This document shows, piece after piece, positions 1 through 8,544 of a DNA stretch of 64,000 bases; positions within the stretch are counted from its first letter, which is position 1; each line of letters opens with the position of its first letter. This DNA comes from Anaerolineales bacterium UBA2181 (lineage in GTDB: Bacteria > Chloroflexota > Anaerolineae > Promineifilales > UBA4811), in contig DCVT01000044.1 of NCBI GenBank assembly GCA_002328075.1, forward strand, positions 260,969 through 324,968, given 5' to 3'. Under the pieces are notes generated by a model. It did no database searches. It was not told where the DNA came from and saw only the letters and a program-made list of their open reading frames with translations. The position numbers and the translations under genes were made by a program.

Positions 1-116
1 CCAGGGCCTCACCCCCTGCCGTCTGGGCACCGAGTCCGCCGACGGTCACGATGGGGCAGGGAGCGAGGCACATCCCCGCGGTTGCTTGTCTCTCACGTTG
101 CCCAACGCTTTAGCAG

Positions 117-1028
117 ATGGTCTCTCCGCTTTTTGACGAGCGCTCTCTGCGCAAATTGGAGCGGTTGGCGTTGGTGGCGCAGAGAGTGCGAGCCGGCTCC
201 ATCAAAGGCGAGCGTCGCAGCACCAAGCGAGGCACCGCGGTCGAGTTTGCCGATTATCGTCCCTACGCCCGGGGAGACGACTTGCGTCGGGTCGACTGGA
301 ACGTCTATGCACGCCTGGAGCGGCCGTTTGTCAAGCTGTTGGAAGAAGAGGAAGACCTGGCGGTTCACCTCCTGCTTGATTCGAGCGGAAGCATGGATTG
401 GGGCCAGGAACCCGTTCACAAGTTCCGCTATGGTTTGCGGTTGGTTGGGGCGTTAGCTTATATCGGCCTGGGCACCGGTGATCGGGTCACCGTGCAGTTG
501 GTCGGTACCGGCGACGCCAGGCATTCGGCGGTCGCCCATCGGGCCCGTTTCGGGCCCGTTCGCGGAACAGGACAGATTTTCAGGCTGCTTGCTTGGCTCG
601 CGCAGCAATCTGCCGGCGGCGTCACCGACCTGAACGCAGCCCTGCGCACGTTTTCCCAACATGGGGCCCGTCCGGGACTGGTTATGCTGCTCACCGACCT
701 CTGGAGTCCGACCGGCTTTCAGGACGGAGTCCGGGCACTGTTGGCCGGCGGCCACGAGGTCGCTATCCTGCACCTGCTAGCGCCCGACGAGCTAGAACCC
801 CCATTTTCGGGCGACCTGAAACTCGTGGATACAGAAACCGGCGATGCTCAAGACGTCACGCTCGATCGTCCCCTGGCTGAACTCTACCGTCGTCGGCTGG
901 ATGATTGGCTCCATGGGATCGAAGGCTGGTGTCACGGCCGGCAGGTTCACTATGTGCCCGTCTGCACCGACCTGCCCTGGGAGCGGCTGATCCTGCACAC
1001 GCTCCGGAAAAAGAGTGTGATCCGGTGA
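117..1028 (+). CDS. DUF58 family protein (MoxR/vWA-associated)
   Basis: 303-aa ORF. Motifs RGDDLRRVDWNVYARLERPFVKLLEEE and LLLDSSGSMDWG are typical of DUF58. A BatA/VWA gene follows about 120 nt downstream, as in Bat/MoxR operons. Confidence 0.85.
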   Translation: MVSPLFDERSLRKLERLALVAQRVRAGSIKGERRSTKRGTAVEFADYRPYARGDDLRRVDWNVYARLERPFVKLLEEEEDLAVHLLLDSSGSMDWGQEPVHKFRYGLRLVGALAYIGLGTGDRVTVQLVGTGDARHSAVAHRARFGPVRGTGQIFRLLAWLAQQSAGGVTDLNAALRTFSQHGARPGLVMLLTDLWSPTGFQDGVRALLAGGHEVAILHLLAPDELEPPFSGDLKLVDTETGDAQDVTLDRPLAELYRRRLDDWLHGIEGWCHGRQVHYVPVCTDLPWERLILHTLRKKSVIR

Positions 1029-1152
1029 ACCTCCACGCGGCCCCAACGGATCGTTCTGTCACCCAACCACCGGCCGAATCGGCACCAATTCATATTGCCA
1101 TTCCATCGGTGGCTACGTGCGTGCCCCGGCCACCAATAGGTGGGGAACTGGC

Positions 1153-3039
1153 ATGATCGGGTGGCTGGCTCCGACGGCTATCGCCTTTCTGGCCCTGGCG
1201 GTTCCCATCGTGCTGCTCTGGATGCTCAAGCTGCAGCGACGCCGGGAGACGGTCTCCAGCACGTTGTTGTGGCACCGGCTGCTTCGTGACCGGGAGGCAA
1301 ATCGACCTTGGCAAAGGCTGCGCAAGAGCTTGCTGCTCTTTCTCCAGTTGCTTGTCCTCCTCACGCTGGTCCTGGCCCTCGCCCGGCCGTTCCAACCTGT
1401 TCCGGCGGTGACTGCAGGTTCGATTGTGGTCCTGCTGGATTCCTCTGCCAGCATGAACGCGACCGATGTCCGGCCCAACCGGTTTGCCGTTGCGCAGGAG
1501 ATGACAGCCGAGATGATCCGCACCCTGGACGCGACGAGCCAGATGACCATCATTGCGATGGGAAACCAACCTCGGGTCCTGGCCTCAGCCACGGCTGACA
1601 AGGCAACTCTGCAGGCAGCGATAGCTGACGCTCGGCCAGAGCAGGGCACGGCCGACTGGTCAGCTGCCCTGGCGCTGGCAGCGGGCGCCATCCGGCAGGT
1701 CCCTGACAGTCAGATCGTGGTGATTTCGGATGGCGCCGGGTTCGACCTCGTGGCAGACGTTGTGGCGCTGCCTGCCAAGATCCGCTACCTGCCGGTCGGG
1801 CAGCCGGGCCCGACTCCCAACATCGCCATCTCGGCGCTGGCGGTACGCGACTCCCCCGTCGGACCCGAGTTGTTCCTGAATCTGATCCAGTCGCCGGCGA
1901 CCGAGCCTGGGACTGTGGCACTGGCACTCTACCTGGATGGGGCTCTGTACGATTCTCGGCGGGTGACCATACCCGCGGGTGGACATTTGCCGCTAACCTG
2001 GAGCAACCTGCCAACGCAAACCACTGTCATCGAGGCACGTGTCCGCACGGAGGATGCGCTGGCTCTGGACAACTTCGCATGCGCGGTGCGCCAGGCAACC
2101 GGCGAGCGCCAGGTGCTGATCGTCACGCCGGGCAACCTTTTCCTGGAGCGCGCCGTGGCCAACCTGCCTGCAACCATCGCCATGCGAGCCTCCCCCGATG
2201 CCCTTCCGCCGGCCGATCAGTACGACTTGACGGTTTACGACGGCACCCTGCCCGAAATGCCAGCAGCAACTCCATTGCTGATCATCAACCCGCCGACCAG
2301 CACCCTACTCCTTCCGGTCACCGGCAGCTTTTCTGACACGGTTTTCACGGTTGCCGCCTCCGACCCGTTATTGAACCACGTGGACCTTGCTCAAGTGCAC
2401 GTCGCGCGCGCCAGCTCGGTCATCGTGTCGCACTGGCCCGACGTCCGCGAGTTGGTCCGGGCCGGCGGCGGACCGTTGCTGCTGGTAGGCGAACCCGACG
2501 GCCGGCGCGTGGCAGTGATCACCTTCGACCTCCACGAATCCGACCTGCCGCTACAGATCGCCTTTCCCATCCTGATGGCCAACCTGGTGGAATGGCTTTC
2601 GCCCAGGATGCCATTCGATGCCCAGGAGGTGCTTCGGCCGGGGGACTCTGTGGAGCTTTTTCCGGGTGACGCCACCGAGGCACTCGTGGTACGGCCCGAC
2701 GGAACCATAGACGCCCACTCCCTAGCCGCCTACTCTAGCCTGCTGGTGCGGCCGGAGCAGTTGGGCGTCCACCAGGTGCTGCTCGACGGATCGCTCGTGG
2801 GCCAGTTCGCAGTAAACCTATTCGATCCCGCCGAATCTGATCTCTCGCGCCGCGAGTCGATTGCCGTCGGCCCCGCTGAGATCGTCCCCCAGCCAGACCA
2901 GGAGGTAGGCCAGCGCGAGCTCTGGCCATGGCTGGCGGCCGCTGCGTTACTGCTCCTGCTGATCGAGTGGGCTGTCTATCACGGCGCTACTGCCGCGCCA
3001 AAACGCCGGTCAGGCAGCCAATTCCGCCGGCCGCTTTGA
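1153..3039 (+). CDS. BatA-type N-terminal domain plus von Willebrand A domain membrane protein
   Basis: ORF 1117..3039. It has an N-terminal TM helix then TLLWHRLLRDREANRPWQRL (aerotolerance-regulator N-terminal type), a MIDAS-like VVLLDSSASMNATD, and a C-terminal TM helix. ATG 1153 is preferred because it places the TM helix at the N-terminus; 1117 is the alternative. Confidence 0.8.
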   Translation: MIGWLAPTAIAFLALAVPIVLLWMLKLQRRRETVSSTLLWHRLLRDREANRPWQRLRKSLLLFLQLLVLLTLVLALARPFQPVPAVTAGSIVVLLDSSASMNATDVRPNRFAVAQEMTAEMIRTLDATSQMTIIAMGNQPRVLASATADKATLQAAIADARPEQGTADWSAALALAAGAIRQVPDSQIVVISDGAGFDLVADVVALPAKIRYLPVGQPGPTPNIAISALAVRDSPVGPELFLNLIQSPATEPGTVALALYLDGALYDSRRVTIPAGGHLPLTWSNLPTQTTVIEARVRTEDALALDNFACAVRQATGERQVLIVTPGNLFLERAVANLPATIAMRASPDALPPADQYDLTVYDGTLPEMPAATPLLIINPPTSTLLLPVTGSFSDTVFTVAASDPLLNHVDLAQVHVARASSVIVSHWPDVRELVRAGGGPLLLVGEPDGRRVAVITFDLHESDLPLQIAFPILMANLVEWLSPRMPFDAQEVLRPGDSVELFPGDATEALVVRPDGTIDAHSLAAYSSLLVRPEQLGVHQVLLDGSLVGQFAVNLFDPAESDLSRRESIAVGPAEIVPQPDQEVGQRELWPWLAAAALLLLLIEWAVYHGATAAPKRRSGSQFRRPL

Positions 3040-3928
3040 TCAGCTCGTCTACCGGCGCCGTCGTGCAGTGGATTCCGACGGACTCGTAGAACCGTTGGCT
3101 GACGGGGCACCCGGCCGGCATCAGGACTCGGCGCGGCCCCAGCGTGACAAAGTTGAGCGCGCCCTTTTTGAGCTCCTCCGGATAGGCGGGAGCCAGAAGC
3201 ACGGTGAATCCGCGCTCCCGCAACGCCTCGACCGCAGCAAACGGCACCCGGCCGGGATGCGCAATGGCCAGGTCTCTGTCGGCCAACCGCAGCGTCCCCA
3301 TCAGGTGCATCGCCCCGTAAGGCAGACCGACCTGAATCACCTCCACTCCCATTTCCCGCAGCAGACCAGTAACCTGTTGTGCACCCTCGGAGTTGGTGCG
3401 CAATCCGGTTGCTAGCAGCACGGTTTCGGCATCCAACCAGGCGGCATCGGCTCCTTCAAAGGTGCCACGTCCCCGAACCATGCGCAGCAAAGGAACGCCC
3501 AACGCAGCCAACCGCGCCGCGACATGGCGTTCCTCGCCCGCCCTCACAGTGGATGCCGGCCGGGCCAGGATCACACCCTCCGGGGTGGCGAACAGCAGGT
3601 CCGCCACGAACATGAGGTTTGGCGGCGGGGCGTCAGCCGGTTCGACGTGATACACCCGCACTCCAGAGTTCCGGTAAGCCGCAGCCAGCGCATCGTGCTG
3701 CTCCTGCGCCCTGTCAGTCTCGATGCGGTCCAGCATCTGCGCCTCGTCGGGGTCCGGCAGGTCCCGCAGTTCGTCACCCGGCCGGTGCAGGAGGACCGCC
3801 CGGAGTGGAGACCACTCGGACGCCACACCGCAATCCGACCAGATGGTGCCGATCTCCTGGTGCAGCGAGGCCAACCGCGGAGACCAGCCCTCACCTCCGT
3901 AGGCGGCTGCCAGCCTACCACCGCTCAT
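2987..3928 (-). CDS. amidinotransferase / arginine-deiminase-fold (DDAH-like) enzyme
   Basis: The internal ATG (MSGGRLAAAY) of ORF 2987..4126 is chosen because the upstream part overlaps the nitroreductase gene. The C-terminal GGIGCLTG catalytic-Cys motif and the overall pattern (LRAVLLHRPGDEL, FEGADAAWLD) fit the guanidino-modifying superfamily. Confidence 0.7.
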   Translation of the reverse strand: MSGGRLAAAYGGEGWSPRLASLHQEIGTIWSDCGVASEWSPLRAVLLHRPGDELRDLPDPDEAQMLDRIETDRAQEQHDALAAAYRNSGVRVYHVEPADAPPPNLMFVADLLFATPEGVILARPASTVRAGEERHVAARLAALGVPLLRMVRGRGTFEGADAAWLDAETVLLATGLRTNSEGAQQVTGLLREMGVEVIQVGLPYGAMHLMGTLRLADRDLAIAHPGRVPFAAVEALRERGFTVLLAPAYPEELKKGALNFVTLGPRRVLMPAGCPVSQRFYESVGIHCTTAPVDELIKAAGGIGCLTGVLARQ

Positions 3929-4424
3929 AGCGCACCAGCTCCTCCAGGGGTTTGCGCTTTTTCGGCTTGGGCGTGTCCGCCGGGTAGCCCAGCGGGGTGA
4001 ATGCGATGGGCTCGACCCCGTCTGGCAAACCCAGCACCTCACGGGCGGCCTGCGGATCAAAGGCAGCGATCCAGCAGGTGCCCAAGCCCATGTCGGCGGC
4101 CGCCAGGACCAGGTGATCCATAGCAATCGTCACATCCACATCGTTATAGTTCTTGCCGTCCGTCCGCACCCAGTTTTCCGCCGGGATGCCGCAGGCGCAC
4201 ACCACCAGCGGCGCCTGGACAAACCAGGGCCGGCCATAGATGCGGCTCAGCGCCTCCTCGCGCCCGGCCGTGTGGACCACGATCACCTGAAAAGCCTGGC
4301 GGTTGGCGGCCGTAGGTGCCAGACGCACCGCCTCCAACACTTGCTGCAACTGATCGTCCGGGACCGGGTCGGGTTTGTAAGCCCGGACGCTGTACCGTGC
4401 GCGGACCAATTCTGCAAAGTCCAT
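3915..4424 (-). CDS. nitroreductase family protein
   Basis: 169 aa. MDFAELVRARYSVRAYKPDPV and LAPTAANRQAFQVIVV are classic nitroreductase N-terminal motifs. It overlaps the downstream gene by 14 nt. Confidence 0.85.
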   Translation of the reverse strand: MDFAELVRARYSVRAYKPDPVPDDQLQQVLEAVRLAPTAANRQAFQVIVVHTAGREEALSRIYGRPWFVQAPLVVCACGIPAENWVRTDGKNYNDVDVTIAMDHLVLAAADMGLGTCWIAAFDPQAAREVLGLPDGVEPIAFTPLGYPADTPKPKKRKPLEELVRYERW

Positions 4425-4549
4425 GGTTTACCTCCTGAGGTTGTGGTTTCGCCAACTATAACCGCTCTTCAGGCCGGTGTCGAGTTGAGATGGGGCAGAG
4501 AACGGGGAGAAAAATGGAATCGGTGTCTGCCCGTTGTGCACCCTGAAGG

Positions 4550-4555
4550 TATAAT
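4550..4555 (+). promoter_or_regulatory. -10 box TATAAT 7 nt upstream of the ATG (candidate leaderless promoter)
   Basis: TATAAT at 4550-4555 and ATG at 4563. There is no Shine-Dalgarno sequence between them, and the -35 is weak. Confidence 0.35.
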
Positions 4556-4562
4556 ACCGCCG

Positions 4563-5732
4563 ATGACAAAGCGCGCCCAGTTCATACCCTACCGCCCCAA
4601 GACGATACTGAACAAGGGAAAGCGGCCGGACCATTCGTTCTGGACCCGCTACAGTGCATACCCCTACATCGGCTGCCAGCACGGCTGCGAGTTCTGTTAC
4701 TGCCGCGAGCGCAAATATTACCCCTACGAGGACGTCAACGACTTTGCCTACACCGTCAAGATCAAGGAGAACGCGCCCCTCCTGCTGCGGCGGGCGCTGA
4801 GCGGCCGGAACATGTCGGTAGATCCCATTTTCACCGGCGACTATCAACCGGCCGAGCGCAGGTTCCAGGTTTCACGGCAGATGCTGGAGGTATGCTACGA
4901 CCTGGGCTTTCCGGTGTTCGTGTTGGAGCGATCACCGCTGGTATTGCGCGACCTGGACCTGCTGCAAGCGATCTCCCAACGGGCAGCATCGACGGTGGCC
5001 TTTAGCATCATCTCTACCCCAGATTCCCCGGGTTACGAACGGGTGCGCGCGCTGGAGCGGTTAGCGCCGCCAGCCGAGAAGCGCTTTGCCGCCATGCAGC
5101 AGATCGCTGAGGTTGGCATCCTGACCGGCACCTGCATGATGCCCATCCTGCCGTTTCTCTCCGACGACGACGCCACGCTGGAATCCGTGATCCGCTGGAC
5201 GGCCGACCACGGCGGTCGGTTTGTCCTGGCGGGTGGGCTCACCCTGGCGGATCAGCAGCGCGACTACTTTTTCGGCGTGCTGCATGAGCGCTTCGCCGAC
5301 CTGCTGCCGCCGTACGAGCGAGTGTATCCTGCCGGCTCGTATGGTGCCATCCGGAGCGGTGATCCGCACGCCATTGGCCGGCGCATCCGCGAGTTGTGCC
5401 AACGGTACAACATCTCCGATCGGTTGCCCCGACACACCATCCCTGGCGACAAACGAGCGCTGAACAAGCGCGTCGTGGAAGCGTTGGCGAACGAGTGCTA
5501 CCGGATGGAGCTGGACGGTGCGCCCGGCCAGCGCGTCTGGGCCTTACGCAAGGCGGCATGGGCCATCGAGGACCTGCAGCCGGACATCGGCCTGGTGTAT
5601 CGCCAATTAGGCCGCAACGGGCTGGCAAGCATCGAGAATGTGGGGCCGCAGCTGGCGCTGAGTATCGAGGAATTGGTTACCGTGTTACGGGCGAATCCAA
5701 CGGATTGCGGGCCGCCGTGCAGCCCCGGCTAA
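4563..5732 (+). CDS. radical SAM protein, spore-photoproduct-lyase/Rv2578c-like, with C-terminal helix-hairpin-helix region
   Basis: Internal ATG (MTKRAQFIPYRPKTILNKG) of ORF 4113..5732; the upstream 150 codons are antisense to the nitroreductase. The CxxxCxxC motif is YIGCQHGCEFCYC. The C-terminal LGRNGLASIENVGPQLALSIEEL is HhH-like. Confidence 0.8.
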   Translation: MTKRAQFIPYRPKTILNKGKRPDHSFWTRYSAYPYIGCQHGCEFCYCRERKYYPYEDVNDFAYTVKIKENAPLLLRRALSGRNMSVDPIFTGDYQPAERRFQVSRQMLEVCYDLGFPVFVLERSPLVLRDLDLLQAISQRAASTVAFSIISTPDSPGYERVRALERLAPPAEKRFAAMQQIAEVGILTGTCMMPILPFLSDDDATLESVIRWTADHGGRFVLAGGLTLADQQRDYFFGVLHERFADLLPPYERVYPAGSYGAIRSGDPHAIGRRIRELCQRYNISDRLPRHTIPGDKRALNKRVVEALANECYRMELDGAPGQRVWALRKAAWAIEDLQPDIGLVYRQLGRNGLASIENVGPQLALSIEELVTVLRANPTDCGPPCSPG

Positions 5733-5741
5733 AGACGCTGC

Positions 5742-5770
5742 TTGACGGCTCGCTCCTCAGGCAGTACAGT
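5742..5770 (+). promoter_or_regulatory. sigma-70-type promoter candidate TTGACG-17-TACAGT
   Basis: TTGACG at 5742-5747, an exact 17-nt spacer, and TACAGT at 5765-5770. The next plus-strand gene starts at 6099, implying a leader of about 320 nt. Confidence 0.45.
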
Positions 5771-6098
5771 CGGCACGCGATCAATCACGTGTTGCTGTTC
5801 TCGTCGCGGCGCCCTGCGTCGGTCGTGCATTGGGACGGCACGGGAGGCAGGTCAGGAACGGACAGACTTGCCTGGTGCCGCGACGCAACGTCCAGGTACC
5901 AAAGAGTGGCCGGGAACGGAATGCCTGGCGGAGAGAAAGCTGATGGTATTGGCCCCGTTGGGCGGGGCTGCACCGGTGGGCCCTCGCCCCTATGACCAAT
6001 AAGGATAACTGTGGGGCTCAGTAGGTTGACACGGTTGTTTGCAGGTTCCGACGCCTGCGCCGCTGTCGATTGGACGTTAACGCCTGGAGGAAAAGACC

Positions 6099-7280
6099 AT
6101 GAAAAAGGAACTGGCCCTCATCGCCCCTCTAGTTGCCCTGATGGTCGTAGGCTGCACACAGGCTCCGAATAACGATATCCGCGATCTCCAGGCAGCGCTG
6201 GCTGTGATGCTAGAGGATCCGGAACAATGTCCAACCGGTACCTCCGTCGATGTAAAGGCGTTGATCGACGCAGCCGGGCCGGATGGCGTGGTCAAGATCC
6301 CTGCCGGGTGCTATGAGGTTACCGGCTCCATCGCCATTCCACAGGGAATGCGCTTGCTGGGGGCCGGGATGGACAAGACGGTGCTGTATCGCGATCCAGG
6401 CGTGTCCCGCGATCAATCCAAGCCGATCTTCTGGGCCTTTGGACGAGGTGAGAGCGAGACGCAGATCTCGGGCGTCGCTCTCCTGGGGGTGCGAAACACA
6501 AACGACAGAGGGGAAGACTATGGGATCCTCCTCAGCAACAGCCGCAACTTTCGGGTGGATCACTGCTATTTCGAGGGCTTTGGCTGGGCGGGGGTGCGCG
6601 TCGAGGGAATATCCCGCGGCGTGGTCGACCACTCTATCTTTGTGGACAACTATAAAAAGGGCATCGACAACCTGGGGTACGGAGTGGTCGTGTACGGCGC
6701 CAACCAATGGCCCGACGATCCAGGCGCAGGCACGTCTGATGCTGTCTTTGTGGAAGACAGCGTCTTTGTCGGATGCCGCCACGCGATTGCTTCCAGCGGT
6801 GGGGCGCACTATGTCTTCCGCTACAATCTGGTGCAAAAGAACGTGATCGCCTGTTCCGTGGACGCCCACGGCCTGGGCTTTGGCTCGTCGCGAGGCTCGC
6901 GCTACGTCGAGATCTATGGCAACATGGTTGAGGACCCGGTGTACAAGCAGTGCGGAATCGGCATTCGCGGCGGAGACGGAGTGATCTTTGACAATAGCCT
7001 CCGTGGATTTAAAAAACCAATCCTGTTGATCCTGGAATGGGGCACACCTGAGGGGCTCAAGTCAAACTATCCGGCCAAGGATCAAATCCGCGATCTCTGG
7101 ATCTGGGACAACGAGATCGACGGTGGGCCGTCGATGCCCCAGATTGACCCGGAGGCCAGAGGTTTTATTGAGCAAGGCCGCGATTATTTTGTGCAACCCA
7201 AGCCAGGGTACAATCCCTACACGTATCCCCATCCTCTCGTCGCCGGTGGCCCTTTCGATCCTGGGGCGACGTCTCCCTGA
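6099..7280 (+). CDS. lipoprotein with right-handed parallel beta-helix (pectate-lyase-fold) repeats
   Basis: SD GGAGGA lies upstream of the ATG. Signal peptide with lipobox LMVVGC. Repeated beta-helix rungs are visible (GILLSNSRNFRVDHCYFEGFGWAGVRVEG, VVDHSIFVDN, VFVEDSVFVGCRHAI). Confidence 0.8.
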   Translation: MKKELALIAPLVALMVVGCTQAPNNDIRDLQAALAVMLEDPEQCPTGTSVDVKALIDAAGPDGVVKIPAGCYEVTGSIAIPQGMRLLGAGMDKTVLYRDPGVSRDQSKPIFWAFGRGESETQISGVALLGVRNTNDRGEDYGILLSNSRNFRVDHCYFEGFGWAGVRVEGISRGVVDHSIFVDNYKKGIDNLGYGVVVYGANQWPDDPGAGTSDAVFVEDSVFVGCRHAIASSGGAHYVFRYNLVQKNVIACSVDAHGLGFGSSRGSRYVEIYGNMVEDPVYKQCGIGIRGGDGVIFDNSLRGFKKPILLILEWGTPEGLKSNYPAKDQIRDLWIWDNEIDGGPSMPQIDPEARGFIEQGRDYFVQPKPGYNPYTYPHPLVAGGPFDPGATSP

Positions 7281-7589
7281 TCAAAACCAGGACCCTCTTT
7301 TCCACGGTGGGTCCGAGCGGGATGAGTCCTGCAGTTGCCGGAGGTAGCTGAGGGTTGGCTCATGGAGCTGACCCACGCGTCGTTTGACAAGGCGAGATTC
7401 AGGGTGCACAATGTAGGTATCGTCGTACGTGCATCGCACCCCCGATTGTTTGGCCCCGTCTCCATACACGGCTGGAAAATCGGCGCAATGGGACCCTTGG
7501 AGGATGCCGTACGCAAAGGCGCGTTCCGGGGACCCTGACGGCCAGGCGCCAATCGTTGGCGCCGCGATACCGGGCTTAGGGTTATCCAT
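7281..7589 (-). pseudogene. short transglutaminase-like cysteine-protease core fragment (possible relic)
   Basis: The minus-strand ORF contains GSHCADF...SGVRCTY...VHPESRL...GQLHEPT. This parallels the transglutaminase-core Cys / His / Asp(-PT) pattern (GxCxxFA...GIPARxVxGY...HAWxE...DPT). It is only about 100 aa and has no SD. Its stop abuts the stop of the convergent gene (TGATCA). Confidence 0.35.
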
Positions 7590-7659
7590 GACCGAGACAC
7601 TGCAGCCATCGTACTGCAACAAAGGCAATGCTGGGGCAGGCAAAGGGAGGGTTGCAGAG

Positions 7660-8544
7660 ATGCTGTGGCACAGGATCCGATTCTACGCACCGTTTGCATG
7701 GCGCCTAGTCGTGTTGGGTCGTCCGGAGCCGCTTGTCTACGGCATCGCGATCACAGACCGCTGCAACCTCTCATGCTGCGGTTGTCACGTCGCTACCACC
7801 GGCCGTCCTGATATGACGTGGGATCATCTGGTCGCCAGCATGGAAAACGCCTGGAGCCGAGGATTTCGTGAGTTGTACCTGAGCGGCGGCGAACCGATGC
7901 TGTGGTGCGACGGCAAGTACACGTTGAAAGATGTCATCACCGAGGCAAGACGGATTGGTTTCTTTCATGTGCACGTGTACACCAACGGTACGCTCGGACT
8001 CGACGCCTCGGCTGATCTTGTTTGGGTCAGTATGGACGGGCTGCCCGGCACGTTCGAGTTGCGGCGCGGTGATCATTTCTACCAGGTCGAAACCGGGGTG
8101 CGTGAGGGCAAACACCCCAAGTTCGCGATCATCTACGTCATTGACCGCAACACGGCGAGCGGCATCGAGCAGTTCCTGCGGTGGGTGCAGGAAACCAGGT
8201 TCCCAGTCATCGGTGTGATGTTCTACTTTCACACACCCTACTACGGACGCGACGAGTTGCTTCTGGACGCTGAGGAGCGGGTGCCAATCATTGACCGGCT
8301 GCTTCGCTGCATCCGGCAAGGCCTGCCGGTCATGAATTCGCGCGCCGGTCTGCTGGTCCTCAAATCCGGAGACTGGCCAAGGCGCGTGTCTGTGGCTTAT
8401 GTCAAAAACATCGACGGGGAATCCGTGTGTTGCCGCGCCTCTGACAATATCTGCCCGGACTGTGGCTACGCGACCATCACCGAGATCGCGGAATCTCGCC
8501 GCTTGCGTCCAAGCGCCCTGCTTGGCGCGCTGAGGTACTGGTGA
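7660..8544 (+). CDS. radical SAM enzyme, unknown substrate, with C-terminal Cys cluster
   Basis: ATG 7660 is preceded by GGGAGG. The CX3CX2C motif is DRCNLSCCGCHV (Cys codons at 7762, 7774, 7783). GGEPMLW is a SAM-binding-type motif. The C-terminal CCRASDNICPDCGY suggests an auxiliary cluster. Confidence 0.8.
   Translation: MLWHRIRFYAPFAWRLVVLGRPEPLVYGIAITDRCNLSCCGCHVATTGRPDMTWDHLVASMENAWSRGFRELYLSGGEPMLWCDGKYTLKDVITEARRIGFFHVHVYTNGTLGLDASADLVWVSMDGLPGTFELRRGDHFYQVETGVREGKHPKFAIIYVIDRNTASGIEQFLRWVQETRFPVIGVMFYFHTPYYGRDELLLDAEERVPIIDRLLRCIRQGLPVMNSRAGLLVLKSGDWPRRVSVAYVKNIDGESVCCRASDNICPDCGYATITEIAESRRLRPSALLGALRYW

Noticed and set aside
1-113. The 3' end of an upstream ORF (stop TAG at 111-113, 3 nt before the DUF58 ATG). 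By synteny it should be a MoxR-type AAA ATPase.
   Set aside because: Only about 36 codons are visible, and none of the three frames shows a MoxR C-terminal pattern I can recognise. I therefore did not annotate it.
4113-4562. The N-terminal 150 codons of ORF 4113..5732.
   Set aside because: This part is antisense to the nitroreductase gene, has Arg/Pro-rich low-complexity composition, and is not part of the radical SAM fold. The real start is ATG 4563, behind a TATAAT box.
5840-5990. Tried to assign the structured leader to known riboswitch classes: c-di-GMP-I (because of GACGCAACG), cobalamin, glycine, ykkC and ZTP.
   Set aside because: Key conserved blocks are absent (GGCAAACC plus GACGCAAAGCC pairing, the B12 box, the CACCGAAGGGGCAA core and others). 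The region is kept only as an unclassified candidate.
7335-7538. A plus-strand 58-67-aa ORF with GAGGG/GGAGG upstream, located just before the radical-SAM pair. This was another precursor-peptide candidate.
   Set aside because: It is exactly antisense to the ORF carrying the transglutaminase-core Cys/His/Asp-like pattern. It has no motif of its own, and codon-position GC cannot discriminate the two frames because they share the second codon position.
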